Shown here: in pieces, positions 19,653-28,639 of the stretch | How positions within the stretch are numbered: position 1 is the stretch's first letter | Layout of the letters: each line of letters opens with the position of its first letter | Assembly: GCA_051439505.1 (NCBI GenBank) | Contig: JBFRWI010000222.1 | Coordinates: 1-40,824 of the forward strand | DNA from: Hormoscilla sp. | GTDB lineage: Bacteria > Cyanobacteriota > Cyanobacteriia > Cyanobacteriales > Desertifilaceae | Length of the DNA: 40,824 nucleotides | Direction of reading: 5' to 3' | Notes under the pieces: generated by a model | Database searches by the model: none | Told to the model about the DNA's origin: nothing | What the model saw: the letters and a program-made list of their open reading frames with translations, nothing else | Made by a program: the position numbers and the translations under genes

Positions 19653-20309
19653 TTATATCTGCTCTGCTGGTATTTGCTCTTCTGGAGACAATGAAGCAGA
19701 ATCATCAACCCGAACAGTTCCGTTTAATGCTGCATTCAGGGCATCTCTGAAAATAGCTATAAACCTGACATTTTTCACCAGATACACTTGATTGTTTTGC
19801 TGGTTCCGTACAATCAAATCAATTACTGCCACCCGCCTTGCTAGCAAAACGCTACCGCTAGCATCCGCTACCAAAATTTCTCCAGCGGGTGTCGTTAATG
19901 CGTTACCTCTTGTTAAATTATTGATTTGGCTGTCAAATAGCTCGTTCAGGTCAGCAGGGGTAAATTTGGATGGCTGTCCGGATAAATTCATCCATCCTAG
20001 AGCTTGATACTCACTTGCTTGGGAAGAATTACCTGACCCATCGCCTATGCGAACGGGACTGTTAACTCCGAGGGGAAATGTAACTGCTTGTCCGGCAGGT
20101 AATTGAGATACCGCTGTCTTAGCTTCGCGAACGAGGGCAAGGTATTGCTCTTGACCTAACTCTGCGGGGGTCTGCCCTGTTGCCGTCAATTGTTGACTCG
20201 TATCCATTGGTTGGTTAGCCCGCCCTAGCGACTCTAAGATAACAACAGAAAACCCAATAAGTACCATCCCTACCAGTCCAATCTTCGATATAATTTGAAT
20301 CCGTTTCAT
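19653..20309 (-). CDS. Exported hypothetical protein, paralog 3 (acidic tail)
   Basis: GGAGGTG RBS; signal peptide; TPAELG, LGVNSPVRIG, SGQP, LVADASG, IDLIV, RDALN. Confidence 0.82.
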   Translation of the reverse strand: MKRIQIISKIGLVGMVLIGFSVVILESLGRANQPMDTSQQLTATGQTPAELGQEQYLALVREAKTAVSQLPAGQAVTFPLGVNSPVRIGDGSGNSSQASEYQALGWMNLSGQPSKFTPADLNELFDSQINNLTRGNALTTPAGEILVADASGSVLLARRVAVIDLIVRNQQNNQVYLVKNVRFIAIFRDALNAALNGTVRVDDSASLSPEEQIPAEQI

Positions 20310-20417
20310 CTCATTACACCTCCCGTTATTTATGTTTGTCAATGTTACCCATAATTCTCCAACATCATATTTTTTTGATGCTGATGTCCGTGAAGATAGT
20401 TAGCATGAGTTGACGAT

Positions 20418-20565
20418 GGGTGTGGTCAAAAACCGTTGATAGTTCAAACGCCTCCCCAGTCGCCCGATCCCCCCCAAACCCCCCCTTCCAAAAGGGGGGG
20501 CCTATAAGCCCCCCTTTTTAAGGGGGGTTTGGGGGGATCGGATACAACTACTTTTGACCACACCC
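20418..20565. mobile_element. MITE (GGGTGTGGTCA TIR family) with nested palindrome, inserted inside the paralog cluster
   Basis: TIRs at 20418 and 20555-20565; extra GCCACACCC after the right end; near-TSD GTTGACGAT / GTTAACGAT. Confidence 0.85.
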
Positions 20566-20579
20566 GCCACACCCGTTAA

Positions 20580-20609
20580 CGATGGTGGGAGCAATTTTTC
20601 CCACCATCG
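20580..20609 (-). terminator. Stem-loop immediately after the paralog 2 stop
   Basis: CGATGGTGGGA-gcaatttt-TCCCACCATCG. Confidence 0.55.
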
Positions 20610-20615
20610 CTGAAA

Positions 20616-21386
20616 TTAGCGCAACCTGGGATCGTTTATTCTTCGCTGTGGTCTTGTGACTCTGAATGTATTTATCCTCCTCAATCGATGCCTCACAGCG
20701 CCATTAACTGCATCGCGACACAACGCATTCACATTCACTTTATTAACTAGATAGTTGTGCTTGTTGCTGCGATTGTGAACTATCAAACTGACCACAGGAA
20801 CCCGCCGTTGTCCAATCAACATTCCGCTCGCATCAGCCACCAAACTGTGTTCTGCTTTAACTTTAAAAGCTATTAGACCCTCATTTTTGGCGTCTTCAAT
20901 CAATGTCCCGTCGGTAAATAAACCGCCTTTAGCTGCTTCCTGAGCTGCCATTTCGCCTATGTCGTCAGGCGTTATTGGTTGCGGTTGTCCTGAATTATCG
21001 ATGTATGCTATACCTGTAAATTCCGAAGAAGCTAATTGTCCACCATCAGGCAGCACTCCGAACTGGATTGGAAAGGCCGTACCTAAGTCTACTCCCAAAG
21101 GCTCGTTTCCTTCAAAGTCTACAGCTAGCTCCTCTGGAACCCTCCGGAGAGTATCTATAAGGCCCCTGCTAATTTCAATCGGTTCCGTCGCTTCTCCTAA
21201 ATACTCCAGACCCATTTCCTCTGGCGTCAAAATTCCATCAATTAAGCCTAGGTCGATCATGTTCTGATTCCTAGCAATTATGGCATTGGATGGTTGAGCC
21301 GTGAATATGGAAAAGGAAACTGCCACACCAGCGATGAATAGCAGTGCTAGCGTTCCCCAAACTTTGAACTTTTTCATCTTTTTCAT
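20616..21386 (-). CDS. Exported hypothetical protein, paralog 2 (Arg-rich tail)
   Basis: GAGGAG RBS before MKKMKK; signal peptide AQPSNA; TPEEMGLEYL, LPDGGQL, YIDNSGQP, LVADASG, NALCRDAVN. Confidence 0.85.
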   Translation of the reverse strand: MKKMKKFKVWGTLALLFIAGVAVSFSIFTAQPSNAIIARNQNMIDLGLIDGILTPEEMGLEYLGEATEPIEISRGLIDTLRRVPEELAVDFEGNEPLGVDLGTAFPIQFGVLPDGGQLASSEFTGIAYIDNSGQPQPITPDDIGEMAAQEAAKGGLFTDGTLIEDAKNEGLIAFKVKAEHSLVADASGMLIGQRRVPVVSLIVHNRSNKHNYLVNKVNVNALCRDAVNGAVRHRLRRINTFRVTRPQRRINDPRLR

Positions 21387-21466
21387 TTCGCTCCTCTCTC
21401 TTGAGTGCTTGTCACTTGTTGGTCCGGGATTAAAACTCCCTGTATTATAACCAATTAGCACTGCGA

Positions 21467-22153
21467 TTACCAACGTCGCATTCTTCGTCTCGGTCGTCTC
21501 ACGCGAAAGTTCGCTCTTCTGAGGGTTCTATTCAAAACGCTATTGAGGGCATCTCGGCAAACCGCATTTGGATTGACATCATTAACGATAAACAGCTCGT
21601 TTGAACCCTTGGGATGAACGATTAGATCAATGCTCGGAATTCTCTGGGCTTGTATAAACGTACTGCTAGCATCAGCTACTAGATGATACTCTGATTCAGG
21701 TGTCATCACCAACTGCCCGTCATTTCTGGCTTCGTTGCTGAACATGAATTTCAGATTGCTAGATCTCAGAGATTTAGCCTGTCCTGAGCGATCGATGTAT
21801 CCGACAGCTTCGTAGTTACTTCTTCTGTTGAGTTGTCGCCCGTCTGGCAGAGCGCCAATTCTAATAGGGCTATTGGTTCCCAAATCAAATGCTACTCTGA
21901 TGTTTTCAGGCACTTGAGCGACTCGTTCTTCTGCGTACCTGATACTGTCCACCAGTCCAGCCATTAGCTGTACCGGCTCTTGATGCAGGTAGTTCAACCC
22001 CAGACTTTCAGGGGTTCTGACTTCATATATTGACGGACCGAACTCGGTTCCCATCGCTCCCTGTGACGGTCGTGCTATCAGCACGGACATTGAAAGGGTT
22101 AGGAGTGCTAGCACCACTAGGGCCAATCTCCTCCATGACTTGAGCCAACTCAT
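21467..22153 (-). CDS. Exported hypothetical protein, paralog 1 (Arg-rich tail)
   Basis: GGAGG RBS; signal peptide ARPSQG; TPESLGLNYL, LGTNSPIRIG, LPDGRQL, YIDRSGQ, LVADASS, NAVCRDALN. Confidence 0.85.
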   Translation of the reverse strand: MSWLKSWRRLALVVLALLTLSMSVLIARPSQGAMGTEFGPSIYEVRTPESLGLNYLHQEPVQLMAGLVDSIRYAEERVAQVPENIRVAFDLGTNSPIRIGALPDGRQLNRRSNYEAVGYIDRSGQAKSLRSSNLKFMFSNEARNDGQLVMTPESEYHLVADASSTFIQAQRIPSIDLIVHPKGSNELFIVNDVNPNAVCRDALNSVLNRTLRRANFRVRRPRRRMRRW

Positions 22154-22245
22154 TCGATCGCCTCCCCAATCGACCTAGTTCCCAGATATTGTAGCATTGT
22201 AGCCCACATTCGTGGTGAACAGCATTTTTTTTGAATGGGTGTCAA

Positions 22246-22261
22246 TGTATTATAAACTACA
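22246..22261. promoter_or_regulatory. Candidate NtcA-type site TGTA-N8-TACA upstream of the paralog cluster
   Basis: TGTATTATAAACTACA; contains TATAAT on the minus strand and abuts TTGACA; tandem GCTACAAT -10-like boxes at 22188-22203. Confidence 0.3.
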
Positions 22262-22381
22262 TTTTTTGCAGGAGTTGGCCGGATGGGTATAATACGTCAG
22301 CTATAGTATTTGTCATTATTTTGATACAAATGGCTATTATACAGCTGCCATCTACCCAATTTTCAATAATTTTAGCTGTTC

Positions 22382-23461
22382 TCAGGTGATATTGTCAAGC
22401 ACTACCCCTTCAATTGACAAAATTAAATCAGCACCGTAGGCCAAAGAGGGGGTCTGGAAACCGGCTTTAAGCTGTCCTGCCAGCACTTTTTCGGCAATGG
22501 TAACGGCTGTTATGGCTGTTAGGGTATAGCCTTCGGGACATTGCAACCGCGAAACTAGCTTGTTGCCAACTTTGTCTTCTACTTCTCCCCATAGTAAGGT
22601 TCTCCCCTGTTGCCGTTGTAGGTCCGTTGGTCCTGGGGGCCGTTTGGCGATCGCCCGTTTTTGGAAGTTCTGCACGGCGGGCAAACCCAGGAACCAACCT
22701 AGATAGCGACTGGCAAGCATCATCCGATATGTAGAAGGCGAAAGGGCGGCATATACTTCGATGTCCGGGATCCCGGTGCTGTAATAGGCAGTGGATACGT
22801 CTCCCCAAGGTATGGTTGTGGTAAAGACTGGACCTCGTCCTAAGTCGATCGTCCGAGTTCTCCAAGCAGCTGGCACTGGGGTGAGTACCCCGCCCCGCCG
22901 CACCATGCCGGGGCGAGACTGCCCTTGTACCATCGTGGTGGCGGTTCCTCGGGATAACTGTCCTGCTGATAAGCTTCCGGAGTCTGCACTCATTTGAAGG
23001 GCGATCGCCAGTTTTTCCGCTGCTGGCATCCGCACTTTCAGATGTGCCGCGAGGCAGTCCGAGGGCACTACATCAAAGCCTACTCCCGGTAATAGCATAA
23101 CTCCTGCTGCTTTGGCCTCTGCATCCAGGGCCGCGATCGCCTCAAATACTGACCATTCACCGGTAATATCCAGGTAATGGGTTTTTGTCCGCAGGCAAGC
23201 AGTTACCATTGCTTTCCAGGTCTGCTCGAACGGACCAGCACAATGCAGAACCGCTACCACATTTTGCAGTTCTGCCTCTAGGGCCTTTGTATCATTCAGA
23301 GCCAAGCTGCGGTATTCTAGGTTCAGGTATGCTGCCAGGGGCTTGATTTTCTCTTCATTCCGCCCCGCTAGGATCGGGCGCAGTCCCCGCTGCACTGCTA
23401 ATCTCGCAATTAGGGAACCCGTATAACCGTTGGCACCGTATAATAATATTCGATCGGACAT
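22382..23461 (-). CDS. Saccharopine dehydrogenase-like NAD(P)-binding oxidoreductase
   Basis: LYGANGYTG, LAGRN, HCAGPF, HYLDITGE, GFDVVPSD, GFQTPS; start set at MSDRIL. Confidence 0.9.
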   Translation of the reverse strand: MSDRILLYGANGYTGSLIARLAVQRGLRPILAGRNEEKIKPLAAYLNLEYRSLALNDTKALEAELQNVVAVLHCAGPFEQTWKAMVTACLRTKTHYLDITGEWSVFEAIAALDAEAKAAGVMLLPGVGFDVVPSDCLAAHLKVRMPAAEKLAIALQMSADSGSLSAGQLSRGTATTMVQGQSRPGMVRRGGVLTPVPAAWRTRTIDLGRGPVFTTTIPWGDVSTAYYSTGIPDIEVYAALSPSTYRMMLASRYLGWFLGLPAVQNFQKRAIAKRPPGPTDLQRQQGRTLLWGEVEDKVGNKLVSRLQCPEGYTLTAITAVTIAEKVLAGQLKAGFQTPSLAYGADLILSIEGVVLDNIT

Positions 23462-23541
23462 TTTCTTTGCTTGCTCTTGCTTTACTTCTACCTGGCATAT
23501 CCCTCGTTTAACAGGCGATCGCCCTCTTGCCATCAGCGACA

Positions 23542-25470
23542 CTAATAACGGATAGTACCATCAGGCATAATTGCTCCGGAGAGATTAGCCTCCCAAAAAT
23601 TAGCACCGAGTAGCTGGGCATCCTTGAGGTTAGCATATTGCAAGTTAGCACCTTTGAGCTTGACCGCCTGTAAGTTAGCACCCTCCAGGTTGGCATATTG
23701 CAATTTAGCATTCTGTAAATTAGCACCTTTGAGGTTGGCACCCTCCAGGTTGCTACCCGCCATGTTAGCATGGGACAGATCCGCATCGGATAGATTCACA
23801 TTTCCCAGGTTAACACCTTCAGCTCCCTGATTGACAATTTGCCAGACCAGACGGAGATTTTCATCCAGTTGGGTAGCCTCGTCTATCTTAACACCTCTCA
23901 TGTTAACACCCTGCAAGTTAGCACCCTGCAAGTTAGCACCCTGGAGGTTGGCCCCCTTCAGCTTGGCACCCTGGAGGTTGGCATCGGATAAATTGGCACC
24001 TGCGAGGTTAGCATCTTCCAAGTAAGCATCGGACAAGTTGGCACCTTTCAGGTTAGCACCGGATAAGTTAGCATCCCAGAGGTTGGTTCTCAAATTAGCA
24101 TTTTCCAGATTGGCATTTTTGAGGTTTGTTCCCCCTAAATTAGCAGTTTTTAAGTCGGCATTTTTGAGGTTAACACCTTGCAAGTTAGCACCCTGAAGAT
24201 TAACCCCCTGCAATTTTACTTTCTGTAAATTTGCATCCTGGAAATTAACACCCTGCAAAGCAGCATTGTCCAGTTTAACACCTTCCAGGTTGGCACCCGA
24301 TAAGTTGCCATTCGATAAGTTGGCATCCTGTAGATAGGCACCGGACAAGTTGGCACTTTCTAGGTTAGCGGACTCTAGGTTCGCATTTGCTAAGTAGGCA
24401 CCCTGAAATTTGGCACCCGATAAGTTGGCACCCGATAAGTTGGCACTCTTCAGGTTCGCATCCACTAATTGGGCATTTTGCAGATCGCAGTCTTGACATT
24501 CTCTAGTTCGCAGCAACTGATTGATGGGAAGGTTATACCAATAAATTCCCCAACTCGTACCCAGTAGGGCGATAAAACTGAGAGTAGTCAGCAGGACTGG
24601 AGTTAATTTTCGGGGTTTTATTTCTGACTTTTCTGGCACGGGAATATCGCCGACAACTTTAATCGGTTTGAGTGCTGATAGGGCAATTTCAGCATTAGCA
24701 TAGCGCTGTTTCACCTGGGGAGAGGTCATCTTAGTTAGCCAGTCAATGAAGCTGCGACTGAGTTGACCTGGCTTATCTTTCAAATTAAAGCATAAGTTGT
24801 CATTAATTAAGTCTGTGATGTCAACGGAACGGGTGCCCGTCAGTAAGCAAATTAATGTCGCCCCTAAACTATAGAGGTCTGAGGCTGTTGTCAGGGCCCG
24901 ATCGAACATTTCTTCCGGGGGCATAAAGCCCGGAGTGCCCGCCGCTACGCTGCTAGCAGCAACTTCTCCATCCCGAAGGCGGGCGAGGCCAAAATCAACT
25001 AGGTAGGCATTCAGGCGATCGTCCAGTAAGATATTTTCCGGTTTAATGTCCCGATGAATGACCTTTTTCTGTTGCAGGTAAACTAATATTTCTAATACAG
25101 AAAGGGCAATTTGCTTGACTTGTGCGGGAGTAAAATTGCGTCGTGACTCTAAGGTCGGGGCATCTTTATATTCCGTTACCAGGCAAAAGCCCGATCGGGT
25201 TTCAAAGGAGTTCAGGTAGGGGGGGATGCGAGGATGATCTAGCTGTTGCAAAACTTGGATTTCCCGTTCGTAGGCTTTAAAGCTGGACCAACTGGCATCG
25301 CTAAGGGCAAAGCGGAACTCTTTGATAACAACTTCTCGGTCTGAGTCGATATTCTTAGCATGGTAAGTGATGTGCCCTCCCGACCAGTTGCGCCCCAGTT
25401 CTCTGATGATCTCATAGCCGTGGCTGCCAAAGTCAGGATATTTGGATATTGTTGATTGGAGATTCGGCAT
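23542..25470 (-). CDS. Ser/Thr protein kinase with TM and C-terminal pentapeptide repeats
   Basis: VVIKEF, HRDIKPEN, DFG, GTPGFMPPE; TM; many A(N/D)LxG repeats. Confidence 0.93.
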   Translation of the reverse strand: MPNLQSTISKYPDFGSHGYEIIRELGRNWSGGHITYHAKNIDSDREVVIKEFRFALSDASWSSFKAYEREIQVLQQLDHPRIPPYLNSFETRSGFCLVTEYKDAPTLESRRNFTPAQVKQIALSVLEILVYLQQKKVIHRDIKPENILLDDRLNAYLVDFGLARLRDGEVAASSVAAGTPGFMPPEEMFDRALTTASDLYSLGATLICLLTGTRSVDITDLINDNLCFNLKDKPGQLSRSFIDWLTKMTSPQVKQRYANAEIALSALKPIKVVGDIPVPEKSEIKPRKLTPVLLTTLSFIALLGTSWGIYWYNLPINQLLRTRECQDCDLQNAQLVDANLKSANLSGANLSGAKFQGAYLANANLESANLESANLSGAYLQDANLSNGNLSGANLEGVKLDNAALQGVNFQDANLQKVKLQGVNLQGANLQGVNLKNADLKTANLGGTNLKNANLENANLRTNLWDANLSGANLKGANLSDAYLEDANLAGANLSDANLQGAKLKGANLQGANLQGANLQGVNMRGVKIDEATQLDENLRLVWQIVNQGAEGVNLGNVNLSDADLSHANMAGSNLEGANLKGANLQNAKLQYANLEGANLQAVKLKGANLQYANLKDAQLLGANFWEANLSGAIMPDGTIRY

Positions 25471-25498
25471 TTTCTATTCTGTCGTCAACTTGCGTCAG

Positions 25499-25551
25499 CC
25501 CGCCGGGGGTTCAAACCCCCGGCTAATAGCTAAAGTCGGTTAAAACCGACT
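25499..25551. repeat. Single double-hairpin REP-like unit (same family as 13887)
   Basis: CCCGCCGGGGGTTCAAACCCCCGGCTAATAGCTAAAGTCGGTTAAAACCGACT. Confidence 0.8.
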
Positions 25552-25658
25552 AATAAAATAATCGGACTGCTAATTGTAGCTTTTTTGGCAACATGGTATG
25601 ACTTGATGTAACTCAAGACTGAGTAGTTGTGACAGAAAGTTCCGCAAAGTTTATTCCC

Positions 25659-26237
25659 TCACGAGTTCAACCCCGGTACATCTTCATAGATATCTGCGAT
25701 CGGGCAGCGAAAGTCAACACTTGCCAAGTGGACTTCTTCTCCGGAACCGTAGGTATAGAGAACCCAGCGCCCCTCGGCATTCCGGCGGAAACATTCCACA
25801 CTCATCTTTTTTTGAGATATTAACACATATTCTTGCAGAGTTTCTAGCAGTCTGTAGTCCGCAAATTTGTCACCCCTGTCGAAAGCTTGAGTTGTGGGTG
25901 AGAGTACTTCCACAATCAGGCGAGGGTAGCGAATGAACTGTTCGTCAGGATTTCTGTCGTCCCTGGCATCACAAGTCACCTTCACATCTGGATAATAAAA
26001 TACATCTGCTGCCTCGACTCTCACTTTCATGTCTGGCGTGTAGACACGGCAACCCTTACCCCGGGTATGGCTTCTCAGCATTGCAAACAGATTTCCTGCG
26101 ATCTTATCGTGGGCTTTGCTTACCCCTGACATCGCATATACTTCCCCTTCCCTGTACTCGTGCTTAATGGGACTGATTTTCTCACCTTCTAAATATTCCT
26201 CTGGCGAGATGTAGGTATAGCTTTTACTAGCAATCAT
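25659..26237 (-). CDS. Uma2 family putative endonuclease
   Basis: KHEYREGEVYAMSG, YYPDV, LIVEVLSPTT, DRGDKF, LQEYVLI. Confidence 0.93.
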   Translation of the reverse strand: MIASKSYTYISPEEYLEGEKISPIKHEYREGEVYAMSGVSKAHDKIAGNLFAMLRSHTRGKGCRVYTPDMKVRVEAADVFYYPDVKVTCDARDDRNPDEQFIRYPRLIVEVLSPTTQAFDRGDKFADYRLLETLQEYVLISQKKMSVECFRRNAEGRWVLYTYGSGEEVHLASVDFRCPIADIYEDVPGLNS

Positions 26238-26304
26238 CTGGTTTTCCTCCTTTTTCTTATATTATAGCCGATCGCCTCATGCTTTGTCAATATCTAACTT
26301 TACC

Positions 26305-26384
26305 GGGTGTGGTCAAAACCCGTCGATCGTTTATGGACCCTCCCAGTCGCCGGATCCCTACGCAACAAATGCATGACCACACCC
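26305..26384. mobile_element. Minimal 80-bp MITE (GGGTGTGGTCA TIR family), 9-bp TSD
   Basis: TIRs intact; AACTTTACC at 26296-26304 and 26385-26393; lacks the nested palindrome. Confidence 0.9.
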
Positions 26385-26434
26385 AACTTTACCATTCTCA
26401 ATTTCCCGGCTTTTTGATAACAAGCGATCGCCTC

Positions 26435-27820
26435 TTATTGTCCTTGCAACTGTTCTAGCATCTCACCTCGTAAATAGCAACAATTATAATCATCAGGCTT
26501 AATTTCCAGAGCTTGAGAGTAAGCAACAGCAGCTTGTTCGTAGCAATGTAATTCTCTCAGACTATTTCCCAGTTTATACCAAGATTGATGGAGGCGGTTT
26601 CGGGCTCGATCCTGTGAGGGAGGAGAAGCAGCAACTTGACGTTTTAAGGCAGTAATTACCCGGCAGCAGAGGTCGATCGCATCTTGAGGGCGTTGCAATT
26701 CCTGTAGCTTCTGGACTCGCGTTCTCCAAGCACCCAAGGCAGTCGGTTCAATTTCAATGGCTTTACAGTAATGGGCGATCGCCTCTGCATAGCGTTTCAT
26801 TTTGAGCAAAACATCCCCTTGGAAATACCAAGCCAAATAGTTACGATCCTGAAGCTTAATTAACTTATCAACCGCAGCATTAACCTGAGAGTATGATTGG
26901 AATTTCTGAGGAGGCAAATTATTTGTGTCTGCTGCTGTGCCGAACAGGACATCGTATAGCCTTTCAAGTGACTCATTCTCTCGACTCAAATCCTGGTAGG
27001 ATGACATTAGTCCAGGATCTTGGAGAGCTTGCAGAGCCTCAGTTGCCGAGGGGTAGCGCTGGCGGAAATCATAACGCACCATCTTGTCCAAAACATCTGC
27101 CAACTGAGAGTTTACCTGTACTTGCTGGCGCCAACTAACTTCGCCAGTTTCAGAGTCTTCTGGCAGTCGATCGGGTTCTATACCTGTGAGGGCAAAAATC
27201 CCCATCATCCCCACTGCATAGACATCGCTGGACAATCTGGGCTTACCTAAAGTCTGTTCCCTCGGCATATAGCCAGGAGTGCCAATAGTTAAATTTCTCA
27301 TGCTCCCAGCATTGCTGCTGAGAAGTTTCACCACCCCAAAATCGATCAAAACGAGCTTACCATCTGGTTGGCGGATGATATTTTGGGGTTTCAGATTGCA
27401 GTGAATAGCATTTTGCTGATGAACAAAGGCTAGCACTTCCAGGATGTCGTGCAACAGCACTAGCACATCCGACTCACGTAGTTGTTTACCCGGAGGAATT
27501 TCCTGACTGAGAAGATTGCCAGCAATGAATTCGGAAACTAGATAAAACTGTTGATTTTCCTCAAAGCGATCCCAGAGTCCGGGAATCTGAGGATGATTGC
27601 CCAATCTGTAGAGTGCTTCTGCCTCCCTGTCGAACAAACGTCTGGCCGTCTGGAACATTTCTCGATCTCTAGTTTGAGGCTGGAGTTGCTTGACTACGCA
27701 CTGAGAGTTGCCGATCCGCCGTCTGTCTTGGGCCAGATAAGTTCGACCAAAACTCCCAGCTGTCAGGGGTTTGATGATATCGTAGCGTCCAGCGAGTCTT
27801 TGTCCTTCCATGGCATTCAT
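26435..27820 (-). CDS. Ser/Thr kinase-like protein with TPRs (catalytic loop degenerate)
   Basis: CVVKQL, DFG, GTPGYMP present; HRDxKP reads HCNLKP; C-terminal TPR helices. Confidence 0.88.
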   Translation of the reverse strand: MNAMEGQRLAGRYDIIKPLTAGSFGRTYLAQDRRRIGNSQCVVKQLQPQTRDREMFQTARRLFDREAEALYRLGNHPQIPGLWDRFEENQQFYLVSEFIAGNLLSQEIPPGKQLRESDVLVLLHDILEVLAFVHQQNAIHCNLKPQNIIRQPDGKLVLIDFGVVKLLSSNAGSMRNLTIGTPGYMPREQTLGKPRLSSDVYAVGMMGIFALTGIEPDRLPEDSETGEVSWRQQVQVNSQLADVLDKMVRYDFRQRYPSATEALQALQDPGLMSSYQDLSRENESLERLYDVLFGTAADTNNLPPQKFQSYSQVNAAVDKLIKLQDRNYLAWYFQGDVLLKMKRYAEAIAHYCKAIEIEPTALGAWRTRVQKLQELQRPQDAIDLCCRVITALKRQVAASPPSQDRARNRLHQSWYKLGNSLRELHCYEQAAVAYSQALEIKPDDYNCCYLRGEMLEQLQGQ

Positions 27821-28115
27821 CTGGTTGTGGAAATTGACTTGCGACCAATTGCTCTTTTATCTTGGCACAATTTTCACCGACAGACTATAGGTACACTCAC
27901 CCATTTCTCTACCTGAATGTCGATCCCCTCTTGCGAGAACTTTATCGGGGATCTCCCCCCATCTACGCCACCTTTAACTACAGTTATTCTCCGTAATGGG
28001 ACGATTTCGTTCCCTAATTCAAGCCATTTTGGCCATCCAGGGTTCAAAATGGGCAATTACAAGAGATGATTTCAACCCATGCTATTGAATTTTACCTGCT
28101 GTCGGAGCAGCATAT

Positions 28116-28168
28116 GCCCGGAACCCTAAAGGGCCCGGCTACATCGAACTTAGTCCGCCTGCGCGGGC
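28116..28168. repeat. Degenerate REP-like unit
   Basis: GCCCGGAACCCTAAAGGGCCCGGCTAC...AGTCCGCCTGCGCGGGC, two short hairpins. Confidence 0.5.
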
Positions 28169-28214
28169 GCCCATTACATGCATTATCGTTGCACCCGTTT
28201 GACCACAAAATGAT

Positions 28215-28639
28215 TTAACCTCCATTCCATTGAATTTGCGGCACCGACCTCTGCACTAGCAACTTCCCTTTCGATATTACATAACGGACGATCGGGCGAC
28301 GGCGAATCGCTTCAAAAGGGCTATTAGTATCTAATACAATCAAATTAGCAGGTTTTCCCATTCCGATGCCATAATTGTCGCCCAAATTCAGAGTTTTCGC
28401 CCCATTAATTGTCACCAGATCATAACAAGCATCAATCTCAGCAGTGCCCGTCATCTGGCAAACATGCACCGCCATGTGAGCTACATCCAGCATATTTCCC
28501 GTTCCCAGACCGTACCAAGGATCTTGCACGCAATCATGACCTAAAGATACATTTAATCCCTCTTGCCATAATTCCTTCACTCGCGTCACCCCCCGGCGTT
28601 TAGGATAGGTATCCGTCCTGAAGCGTAATATTAATTAAG
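28215..28639 (-). pseudogene. codA: Cytosine deaminase 3' remnant
   Basis: LINITLQ / TDTYPKRRGVTRVKEL...GHDCVQDPWY; frameshift near 28618; the N-terminal part of the enzyme is absent. Confidence 0.85.

Noticed and set aside
23560..24480. 15-bp periodic DNA as a non-coding repeat
   Set aside because: Explained by pentapeptide-repeat coding sequence.
27862..28070. Short open frames between the kinase and the codA remnant
   Set aside because: No RBS or recognisable motif; may be a gene fragment but cannot be supported.
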